Made by a program: the position numbers and the translations under genes. A stretch of 64,000 nucleotides of DNA from Podarcis cretensis (taxonomy: Eukaryota): assembly GCA_951804945.1 (NCBI GenBank), contig OX638150.1:52762001-52826000 (forward strand), read 5' to 3'. Shown piece by piece: positions 38,388-48,609 of this stretch. The notes below the pieces were generated by a model, which saw only the letters and a program-made list of their open reading frames with translations, did not search any database and was not told the origin of the DNA. Each line of letters starts with the position of its first letter. Position 1 is the first letter of the stretch.

Positions 38388-39084
38388 GGGAGAAAGGAAA
38401 GTATGTCAGAAAGAGAGTGCATCAGATGGCTCTTGTTACCCTGTGAAGTATCAGGACTGGGTTGAATATGTGCAAATGCTTTCAGCAGGAGCTGTTTTTT
38501 CTGCAGGTTAAAGCTTGTCCTTTTCGTCAGCTTTGGAATGGAAGCTGAAAACTGAATTTGTTTAGACTGCCTTCCTAAAGCTAGAGTTTAGATAGCGAGG
38601 AGGCATGTGCAGCACAATGGGTTAGAACACTGGACATTTCTCTGCGTAGCACATCCCATGCTGAAAATTTTCCATCCCTTACAAACTGTTAGAACGCAAG
38701 AAAAGCATCCTCTTGTGATTTTTAGGTGACAAAATGTCCATTTTATTCCTGATTGTGTGTGCCTGCTCTCGTTTTGGGAATGGAAGCAGAATAGATCTCC
38801 CCATTGCTTCAAAACGGATTGGTTGATAGAAAATTGGCTGCCCAGCAAATGCCTATGAGGCGATTCCTCAGCTGTTCTTTATTCAGTGTCATGAAAGCCA
38901 GCTCAGACAACAGTCCAAAAGGCCCATTGCCTGCCTACAGGAAATTGGGAGACAAAAAATGGCCTCAGAAGGGAGAGCAGAGCAGAAAACATTGACATCT
39001 CTTCTTCTCAGTAAAATAAGCCAATTCAGTCCGTCAGTATGAAAAACGTCTGCAATGAAGCTCTGTATGCAGCTGCCTTTTGCA

Positions 39085-39086
<2 letters not shown>

Positions 39087-39132
<46 letters not shown>
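39087..39132. repeat. (TA)n microsatellite
   Basis: Seen directly. Confidence 0.95.
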
Positions 39133-39135
<3 letters not shown>

Positions 39136-41331
39136 ATTCAAGTGGCTTAGTTGTAAATACCTTTCATCTTAAACCACTGCAATGTGATAGAATTATCATC
39201 TGTGGGTAACCAAGGTAGTATTAACATTTATTTCATGCTAAGCAGGTTGTGGAAGTGGCCGTTTTTTGCCTATCACATTAGTGTGTTGTGTTCTCTGGCT
39301 TTTAGTACTCAAAGGAAACCACCCACCATCTCTGCGCATGAAATTAACAGTGTTGCACTCCCTCTGCTGGGCCTTCTGAATAATTCTGTTACTGCTTTTT
39401 CCAGAGGTACGTGCAGCTGCCTTACACCAGGTGACTCTTGTACATCTAGCAGATGATTGTCTACTCTGAGCTGCGGTGCTTTTCTCATCACTTTTGCTCA
39501 ATCCTTTTTAACTGGAGCTCCCAGGTGATGAATGGACTGTGCCCTGCAGGGCTCTCTGCTGTTCATAGGCAATGTCTGCATAGCAAGCTTGTAGAAAGAT
39601 TTAGTGGCCATAGAAGGAGGGTGAGGAGCTTCTTAATAACCAACAGTTTAGTTCTGGACATTCCCATGCTCTTTTGAAATCTACCACCTTTGGGGGGAAA
39701 GGTCTGCAGTTTCAAAAAGCAAAAAGATGACTCCCCCATCATCCATGTCAATTACATAACAGTACTTGTGGGTCCCGGTGGGTCATCTGGTGGGTCATCT
39801 GTTTCACAGGACTGTTGTACAATGAAGTTTCACAAGTGATTTGTGTCCTGATGATCAGGTCCATATTATATACGAGAGCTATAAACAAGCAAGCAAGCAA
39901 GCAAGCAGCAGACATGGGGGCATAACCAGGGAAGAGAAACAATTCTGTGGAGGGCAAGTTTACACATCAAATTCTTCCGCATGATTACATGTGTTGGTGC
40001 AAGACCACAAAAGGTCAGTGTGAACTCGGCTGTACATGCTGATAATTGTGGTTGCATTTCCTCCAAAATCTGTGATCGCAGAAACAGTTGCACATTCTGA
40101 TAAGTTCACACTCATCCTTTTTTAATCAAGTACTTGTGAACTGGCCCTTAGTCCCAAGCCCTAATTACAAATGCTTCTGGAACAGCATGTGCTGGATAAA
40201 TTCCAGTTGCTGATGTAAGCATTATGTCCCTTCTGGACTCATTGTGAATCTTGCTTTGCAAGGATATATATTCTCTTTGAGAGTGACACACATAACCTTT
40301 GCTGGAAATAAAATATACCTTGCTGACATGCCTGGGGCATATCCAGATGGCCCTTAAATGGGAAGTTAGTCTTTCACAAGCTGGAGAATCACCTTCTCCA
40401 AAAGTCCTCTGGAGTCTGGATCCAAGGAGCCTTTCAGGATGACCACTCATTTGTTCATGTGTGCATGAGTTTAATCTTGATTTCCTGCTCTGCTTCCAGC
40501 ATCTCACACCACATTAAAGGCTAATCCCATATATAACCTACATTTTGGGAACAGCTTGTTGAACAAGGTGGGAGCCACAGTGAGAGCAACAGAGGCTCTG
40601 AAAGTTTCCTGGAGAAGTAGGCACTCCTGTTGTGGCACTTTATTCTTGATCGGCACCTCTCAAAGATGTGCGAGAGTTTTGTCACTGCAAAGGGTAGCCT
40701 CAGTTGCCATCAAGGTGTCTCCAGATACTAGCTCTGAAGGTGGATAATCTGTTCTGTCTTTGTATTATAGCTGACTGAAGTAATTCTGCTATGACTCAAC
40801 AGCAGATTTTCCTTCCTACGCATCACAAATATCATAAACTTAAGAGCTTCGCTTGTAACTGGGTTTGAGCCATGCTTAAAAACAACAACCCAATAACCTT
40901 CACTAAGGGAATACAAAAGTTCCATGGTGGTTATGCAGGCTGAAATAACAACTTGGCTCCTGCATGCTTATTAAATACTGGATGTTGCCAGAATTCTATC
41001 AAAGCAGACAAGGCAAGTGCGCTTGTTCCAAGGCTGTTGGATTCTTAGGAGAATCTCACAGGACAATAGCATTACTTGAGGGCTTGCAAATTAATCAGTA
41101 AATTTGCAAGTGATAGTATTTCCATACTGTATGGTACCTATACAGTACTTGCATCTTTTGGTAGCAAGCTGGTGTTTGCTGTGAGTTGCTTTGGGCACAG
41201 CACATAAACTAAAACACACATTTCATTGTTCCCTCCCATTGCTATGAATGCATCACTCATCTCCTTGAAAACCTGCACTGGCTTCTTGCCACAGTCTGCA
41301 TCAACCTTAAGCTTTAGTCTTTATTCTAAAG

Positions 41332-41460
41332 CAGAGATGGGGAAATTGTGGCCCTCCAGATGTTTCTGGACTACAGCTCCCATCATCCCTGATCATTGGC
41401 TGTGCTGGCTGAGGGAGGGGGTGGGGCTTATGGGAATATCTGAAGTGTCACGCATCCTTG
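41332..41460. mobile_element. hAT MITE of the 5810 family, decayed
   Basis: CAGAGATGGGGAA start and 'ccctccagatgtt..ggactaca.ctcccatcatccctga' core; flanks TTCTAAAG / TTTTAAAG. Confidence 0.75.
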
Positions 41461-41468
41461 TTTTAAAG

Positions 41469-41672
41469 CAGACATGTCCAACAAGTAGATCACTGGTAGA
41501 TCATTGGCTCCCTCCAAAGAAGCTGAACAACTGTGGCTCCCCTAAAAAAAGCTCAACATTTTACCTGAAAAAAACTCAACAACTTTGACCTGAACCTCAA
41601 AAAAGGAGTAGATCACTGCTAGTTTTTAACTCTGTGAGTAGATCGCAGTCTCTTGGGAGTTGGCCACCCCTG
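41469..41672. mobile_element. hAT non-autonomous element
   Basis: Ends CAGACATGTCCAAC / GTTGGCCACCCCTG; perfect TSD TTTTAAAG at 41461-41468 and 41673-41680. Confidence 0.85.
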
Positions 41673-42704
41673 TTTTAAAGCATATCTTTGTTCTGCAAGC
41701 AGATGCTAACATTTGCAGTGCTTTTCACATTCTACACTAACTCATCTGATATCACCCCCTTTTCTCATTCTATTGGTTCCAGTTGTAGGGAGCAGCTTGA
41801 CAGAAACCTTCTTTCTGCCATTAATTGTCAAGGCACAATCTCTCTGTAAATCATTTCCAAGCTCTTTAAGAAATGCTTTACAAAGTCTACTGCTGACTTG
41901 ACCCCACACCTAGGCCAATGCTCATTTTCCAGCTGATTTGTTTCTTGTCCCACACATTTTGCCTACCTAACATACACTCTGAACCCTCCAGGATGCTGTT
42001 GTCATTAAGCACTGTAGTGGCCAAGCAGTATCAGTCTTGTAAAATGTAAAATGTTAGGTAACTCTCTTTTCCTCTGAGGGGGCTAAAAGGGTGTGGCTAA
42101 TGTGTGAAATTTGATTCAGTGGCCAGTTACTGGAGGCAAGAGCACCTGGAATGCAGAAGTCAACCAGGACTATAGTTTCTAGGATTGTGATACCTTTTCC
42201 ATTCATTCAGTATAATAGTCAATGAAAGAACATCCTGTAATCAGACTCACTGGCGTCTTCTCACCAGAGTGCTAAGTTTGTATTGCATAAGAGAAAATAT
42301 GGGCAACTGGTTTCTTCTATCACTTGAACTGAATTTTCATTTTGTTAATGTGCAGGCCAGTTTGCATGTCCTAACTGTTTTGTATCACATACATTTTCCT
42401 TGGAATGGCTGTTCTGAACATACTTAAAAATACTGAGAAGTAATTTTATTCTCATTCATTCATTGGTCATTATTTTCTTTTTATGGGCTCTCATTTTTGT
42501 TGAATAAGTATCTTGAGATTGTGATAGGCCTTTCTTGCTCTGTGGGGAAGCAAATTATCTATCACTCATGGCAAACCATTTTGCTTTGTGTCTGCAAGTT
42601 GTGCTTATGCCAGCATGACATTTTACCTGCAACATAAAAATACACTACTGTTCTGGAATACCTAAGGGATGGGCTTGTTACAATAATCCCCACTGTCTCA
42701 CCCG

Positions 42705-42706
<2 letters not shown>

Positions 42707-42750
<44 letters not shown>
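42707..42750. repeat. (CT)n microsatellite
   Basis: Seen directly. Confidence 0.95.
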
Positions 42751-42753
<3 letters not shown>

Positions 42754-43041
42754 TTCCCCCTCTATCTTTGTGTATATGTGTTTTGATAGCTAAGCCTGCC
42801 ATCTTATGGTTTGTCTCTGAACAACAGTTTGCATCCTTTAAGGGAGTTGCATTTTGTTATAGTGAAAACTCCACTGTATTTAAAGGAGGTCTTTAACCTG
42901 AAGAAAACCTCACACAAATATATGCAGATGCTGTAATTTTAAAAACAGTTAAATAAATAAGACATACCCCTAGTTCCAGGAAATGTTGTGATAGAGCCCA
43001 TTATCACCTTGTGAAATGCTCCATGTGATAAACAATAAATA

Positions 43042-43267
43042 CAGTGGTACCTCGGGTTACATACGCTTCAGGTTACAGACTCCGCTAACCCAGAAATAGT
43101 GCTTCAGGTTAAGATCTTTGCTTCAGGATGAGAACAGAAATTGTGCTCCGGCGGTGCGGCAGCAGCAGGAGGCCCCATTAGCTAAAGTGGTGCTTCAGGA
43201 TAAGAACAGTTTCAGGTTAAGAACAGACCTCTGGAATGAATTAAGTACTTTACCCGAGGTACCACTG
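43042..43267. mobile_element. Tc1/mariner (pogo/Tigger-like) MITE, copy 2
   Basis: Same TIRs and TA TSD as 37385-37624; the two copies are highly similar. Confidence 0.92.
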
Positions 43268-44061
43268 TATGGCTTTACAAATAGTCAAAATTGCTTAGCT
43301 GAATTCACTGCTGTAAAACACTACCTTTTACTCAACTGGCACATTTCCCCACTTTGCTCCTTTTTTACTGTCTTTCTCGGAGTACCTTTCTGTAGCCAGT
43401 GCAAGACTGACACAAAATCCAGATGAAATACTACATAGTATTTCATTTTATTTCTTGCATAGTGAGTATTAAGGAGATGTCTGATGACTTGTGCATTACA
43501 AGCACACAATTTGTAGCAGCAGCAAACTGCAATGTGCTCAAGCAAGAATGTTTTCCGTGTGATTATTAACCGGCCTCCTCCCACCAGTCTTTTGTGGCAA
43601 TTTAATAGTCATGTTGTGATTCCTCTGTGGCTCAGTGCAATGATCATTCCATTCCTGGTAATCCTCAATCATCATGTGCTTGAAGGGCAAACTAGACAGT
43701 TATAGAAAGCTGCATATAACCCTCTGCAGTTCAGGGCCCTTCACAAATCATATGGTCTCAGCACCCTGGCTGATTCTAAAGCTCACAGGCAGCAGCGTCA
43801 TTAGAGTAGGAAAACTAACGTGGCAGTGCAAGCCTGTTAGTTGGTAGAGTGGGTGTGAATGAGACGACTGCAGTTATGTTTCTGCAAGGAAGATGTGGGT
43901 TTAAAAAAAATAGTGGGATGTTCTATATCGAAAGTTTGTTTGAAGCAGTGTATGTGAAGCCCCTGTCTGACATGTGGATTTGGTGAATTATGTAATCTCT
44001 GGAGAATGAGATCCTATTTGTGTCAGGCCCCTCCTGCCTCTGCAGCAGCCATTACAGGTCC

Positions 44062-44265
44062 ATTACTGAGGTCCAGCTCCGAGGGCCTTCTGGCGGTTCC
44101 CTCACTGTGAGATTACAGGGAACCAGGCAGAGGACCTTCTCGGTGGTGGAGTCTGCCCTGTTGAACGCCCTCCCATCAGATGTCAAGGAAATAAACTTTT
44201 GTCATTTTCATTTCCAGATGTCAAGGAAATCTGAATTTTAGAAGACACCTGAAGGCAGCCCTGAT
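44062..44265 (+). mobile_element. L2-like LINE ORF2 3' fragment
   Basis: The translation GTRQRTFSVVESALLNALPSDVK resembles the L2 C-terminal motif R-AFS--AP-LWN-LP. Similar remnants at about 46640-46800 and 57950-58070. Confidence 0.65.
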
Positions 44266-44969
44266 TCCCAGTGCCAACCTGTCTCCCCTTTCCTGTAATA
44301 AATCTCAGCCCCCTGAGTACCTACAGAGGTGCTAAGGTGATTCTTACGCTGTTGTTTGCAAATTGTGCTTATCATATGGGACTGGTTAGAAAAGCAAAAG
44401 AGAAACACATTTACTGCAGTCTGAATGCTTCTACTCTAATGGACTTGGTGCAGAGCCTCTATGTTGCTCGCTCAGATAGCTTCTTCTTGACACCCTGGCT
44501 GTCAGATGATGATGAGCTAAATATAAATACGCGCTTTCTTCACTGCAAGAAGCTGGAATATTTTGACGTTCAATCCCCCCGTGGAAACAAGTTGCTTACT
44601 CACTCCTGCTGCTGCAGTATGAGTCACCCAGGAATATTCTTAGCACAGCCAGATGACAATGGGCTCCCAACAGCCAACCACCCCTGCCAGCTAGCCTGCC
44701 CAGTGGCAAGGCATGATGGGAGTTGTAGTCCAAAAAATGTTTGGAGGCCAGCTTGGGAAAAGCTGTCTTTAATATGAATATGTGTGTTCTCATTTTGTGT
44801 TCCTTGACCCCAACGCTTAAGGCTGTGCAATTTTCAGTAACCCCCCCCCATTCCAGACACATTCCCCCCCACCCTCAAAGAATTCTGGGCAATGTAGTTT
44901 TCCCTTCACAGAATTAGTCTTCCCAACAACCCTGAACAAACCACAGGGCCCAGGATTCTCTGAGGGGAC

Positions 44970-45590
44970 AGTGCGGGCGCCCCGCTTCTCCTCATTGGCT
45001 CACCCCACAACTCCTCCCCGTTTGTATTCCTGACAGGAGAAAGCCCCTTATCGAAGGCTCCGCTTCCCTCGGGATGAAGGCCAGCTCTGGCCTGGGAAGG
45101 GGCAGGTCGCGGCGGGTGGTTTATGTGAACAGTTTCGGCAGCCACCGCTGCGGCAACGTGATTCGTTATGGCGGCGGCGGCGGCGGCGGCCTGAAGGACC
45201 CGGAGGCGTCCAGCCTCTCGGGCGCGTCTCTCGCTGCCGCGCTCTCGGGCAGAAGAGGCTCTCTGGCCGCAGCCGATCCCTCCGGGGAACGAGGGAGCCC
45301 CTGCTTGGGGCTGAAAGCCCCTGGCGAGGCGAGAGCGAAGGGGGTCGGGAGAGGCTGGGAGGAAGGAGGCGAGGCGAAGAGGCCTAGAGCCGAGAGGCTG
45401 GTTAGGGTCAAGCCACCGTCGTCGCCACGCGAAGGGCGGAGCAGCAAGGCGGAGGCGGCGACGGCGGCTGCGGCGGCTGCGAACTCCACAGACTCCGACG
45501 GCCAGGAAGAAGCGGGTACGAGCAGAGCGCAGGGCAGAGGCCGCGTGTCCTCGCCGGTATTGCCTCGTGGTGTTAATGGCGAGGGTTGGC
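44970..45590. promoter_or_regulatory. CpG island and promoter of C5orf47
   Basis: GC- and CpG-rich segment in an AT-rich background; reverse CCAAT box (ATTGG) at about 44994. Confidence 0.8.
45074..45515 (+). CDS. C5orf47: C5orf47 (DUF4680) homolog exon 1
   Basis: ATG in a CpG island. RVVYVNSFGSHRCGNVIRYGG resembles the N-terminal C5orf47 motif (human, as recalled, RFVYVTRFGSHQCSGVLQLGG). The donor GG|GTACGA at 45516 gives the phase 1 needed for exon 2. Position between CPEB4 and NSG2 matches known synteny. Confidence 0.8.
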
Positions 45591-45593
45591 AAT

Positions 45594-46234
45594 CAGTGCC
45601 GGATTTACGTATAAGCTGAACAAGCTATAGCTTACAGCCCCACTCCCCCCCCCCCCCAATTTCACTATTAACATACTTCTTAATTGTATTTAAGTTCAAC
45701 AGTTACTTTGATAAATTACATATTTTGTTATGAGCAAATGGCTTTAGATACATAGTAAAGGTAAAGGGGCCCCTGACCATTAGGTCCAGTCGTGACTGAC
45801 TCTGGGGTTGCGGCGCTCATCTCGCTTTATTGGCCGAGGGAGCCAGCGTACAGCTTCCGGGTCATGTGGCGAACCAGAGCAGCGCATGGGAACACTGTTT
45901 ACCTTCCCACTGCAGTGGTACCTATTTATCTACTTGCACTTTGAGGTGCTTTCAAACTGCTAGGTTGGCAGGAGCAGGGACCGAGCAACGGGAGCTCATC
46001 CCGTTGCAGGGATTCGAACCGCCGACCTTCTGATCGGCAAGTCCTAGGCTCTATGGTTTAACCCACAGCGCCACCCGCATCCCTAGATACCTATTAGGTG
46101 CATAAATTACCATATAGCATATATTCAAGACAAAAAACAGCGGCAATTTGTAGTTAACAAAGGACAGCTGGACATATAAAGGACCGCATTACCTTCAGTA
46201 GCTTAGGGCCTCATCAAACCTAAATCTGGCCCTG
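45594..46234. mobile_element. hAT non-autonomous element carrying a nested Sauria SINE
   Basis: TIRs CAGTGCCGGATTTA / TAAATCTGGCCCTG; TSD TTGGCAAT / TTTGCAAT (7 of 8 match). Confidence 0.85.
45755..46083 (-). mobile_element. Sauria SINE nested in the hAT element
   Basis: Reverse complement of the 22859 family; (GTAAAG)n tail at the left end; TSD TAGATACATA (45745-45754) / TAGATACCTA (46084-46093). Confidence 0.92.
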
Positions 46235-47030
46235 TTTGCAATACTTGCATATCCCCTTCCATGGTAGTTCTGCCTTGGGGTGGTGAGGGTCTCGCAATAA
46301 TCCGGATGAAGGAACTGGTGGGCGGAATCATTTGTCCATTTTGAATGTGGGATTTCCCCTTGAATAGGATTGTGCTCCCTTGAGGAGTGGGAAGTAGTTC
46401 TGCTGACTAAGAAGCTGGGCCTGCCTTTTCATTTTATTTCTAACAGCTTGCAATACCAAGCCTTGCCCCGTTAAAATAAATAGAGAGACAGCAACCTCCT
46501 GGCCCTCAGGTTTTTGTTTTTTTTAAAGTTTCTTCATGTGTCAATGCAAGACTGGTTGCCAGTTTGTTGTCAGGCCCGTTTCAAGATGCATTTAAACACA
46601 TTAGTGTCTAAATGACTTAGGCCCCAAATATCTAAAAGAACACTCCATTCCTGCCAACCTGAGTTGTTAAGATCTGCAGAGGGGGCTCCTTTGGTAGTTT
46701 TACTAGCCTGTGGATAACAAGCTTTCTCTGTGACAGTCCCTAACTTGTGGAACTCACTGCAGAGGTTTTTCTCCAACATCTTCATTTTACAGCTATGAAA
46801 CCTTTTCTGTATGTTGAAGATCCATCCCCTACTCTGACTTTTGACAGGTTGTTGGTTTTTTTGGTGGGGGGCGGATCTGGCTCTGGCTGATTTTATAGAT
46901 TTCCATTTGGAATGGCTTTACATCTTTACATAAATGTAATTTTAATGGTTTTGTCTGTTTTTATAACTATATTATATTATTATAGCCTGCCTTTGGACCT
47001 CAAGGTGAAAGAAGGGGGAAAAGCTTTTAT

Positions 47031-47064
47031 AAACAAACAAACAAACAAACAAACAAACAAACAC
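47031..47064. repeat. (AAAC)n microsatellite, likely the tail of an L2-like fragment
   Basis: Seen directly. Confidence 0.85.
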
Positions 47065-47660
47065 AAGGGCCAGAAACTAGTATGACTTTCCTTGTTTACA
47101 CAATTTTTTTCAACAGGACTTTTTGTCTCCATCTGGTGCATTTAATACGTTCCTCTTGTCACCGTAACACTAGCAGGAGAACCTGCACCTGCTGAAATTC
47201 TCCCTGAGAAATACATGTATTCAATCTTACTGACTCTACACACTCCAATTCAATTTGGTTTAAATTTATTTCTAAAATCATGGATGGCATTCAGCATCAA
47301 GCTATGACGTCACTGCAAGCATATCTGCTTGCCAGATGGAACAGTCTCCCATCTCTTTCCCCGTGCATTGTTCTGAGGGTTTTCCCCGACCCTCTAGAAC
47401 AGATTTGGGGAAGACGTGATGTACTAGGCTAGTAGTCTTAGTCAATCATTTCACTATTAAGGAGTATATTGTGATTTAAATTAATTATTTTTCAGAACGT
47501 AATACAATGTCTACAAATGCTGGAAAATCATTCACTTATAAAAATTTAATTGTTTGATATATATATATATATATATCCCCTCAGAAATAGTTTCCATTAA
47601 GTTCATTGGGGCTTGCTCCAAGGTAAGCAGATATAGGATTGCAGCAACTTTATTTGCATA

Positions 47661-47993
47661 CAGGGGCATCTTGCCCATAGAGGCAAGTGGTGCGGGGTGC
47701 CAGGGTGCCAAGTTCTGGAAGGCGTCAGGGAAGAGGCAGGCTGGACGCAGCACCTCCTGGCATCAGCTCGCCGTCCTTGCCCGCCTTGTTGAAGCAGTGC
47801 CACGCCTGGAGCCTCCGCCTCTTCCCCGCTGGAGGAGCCACCCTCCAGCCGCTGCCTGCCTCCTCCAGCCCCGCAAAGTTGCTGGCAGCGCAGTAAAAAG
47901 GTTGGCAACTCTGGGAAACCGGGGGGGGGGGGGGGGGCGCGGCGCTGGAGGCATCTTTGCACCACCGCGCTGGAAATACTTAAGATGGCCCTG
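47661..47993. mobile_element. GC-rich hAT non-autonomous element, 333 bp
   Basis: TIR CAGGGGCATCTT / AAGATGGCCCTG; perfect TSD TTTGCATA at 47653-47660 and 47994-48001. Confidence 0.9.
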
Positions 47994-48520
47994 TTTGCAT
48001 AGTCCTGCAGGTAGGAGGGCAAACCCATCCACAGATTCCCTCTAGCCCCTGAAGAACAAGAACCTTAACGGTAGTTCTCATGATATTTTTTGGCACATCT
48101 AAAGACATTAGAAACCCTCCCCCCATTTGTACTGCAGTAAAAAGCCTTTCTCACAGCAGCAGCAGGAAACATATTGAATTCTTCCCCCTGCCCCCAATTC
48201 TGATTGCCATCTTGCCTTCGTTTCCAGCTACTATCTGAAGAACAAGATGAGCTTCGTAATGCAGCATTATGCTGTACCCTCTGCAAGGCTGACATTCATG
48301 CTTTGAAGTGATATGAAATATTGATCTTTCAAAGTGGTTTGTGAGAGATTGGCTCCTATACTTGCACCATGATTGCAAGGGAAGGTGGGGGAAAATAAGA
48401 TTTTAATTAGAGCTACATGATCTGATTTAAATCTGTGATGTCTCACAGCCACATGTTAGCAGTTTGATATTAGTAGCTGAAACAAACACAGTGGCAAATA
48501 AAATCCAACTCTTTTAATAG

Positions 48521-48609
48521 GTGGCTGCAAGGAAACTCAAGGAGATGCATTTGAATTTCCTCCTTCCTGGGAAGTTGATAACAGTGAGATCAGGCATCAA
48601 AAGAAAGAG
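48521..48609 (+). CDS. C5orf47: C5orf47 exon 2 (GGCKETQGDAFEFPPSWEVDNSEIRHQKKE)
   Basis: cttttaatAG|GTGG...AAAGAG|GTagaa; 89 nt, phase 1 to 0. FEFP plus the basic end parallels the human YDFPIP...KKKKK. Confidence 0.8.

Noticed and set aside
44906-45592. 228-aa antisense ORF
   Set aside because: Shadow of the GC-rich C5orf47 exon 1; non-ATG start and low complexity.
47080-47150. YDFP-like codons and an acceptor-like caacAG as a C5orf47 exon
   Set aside because: In-frame TAA in the required phase; the exon at 48521 fits better.
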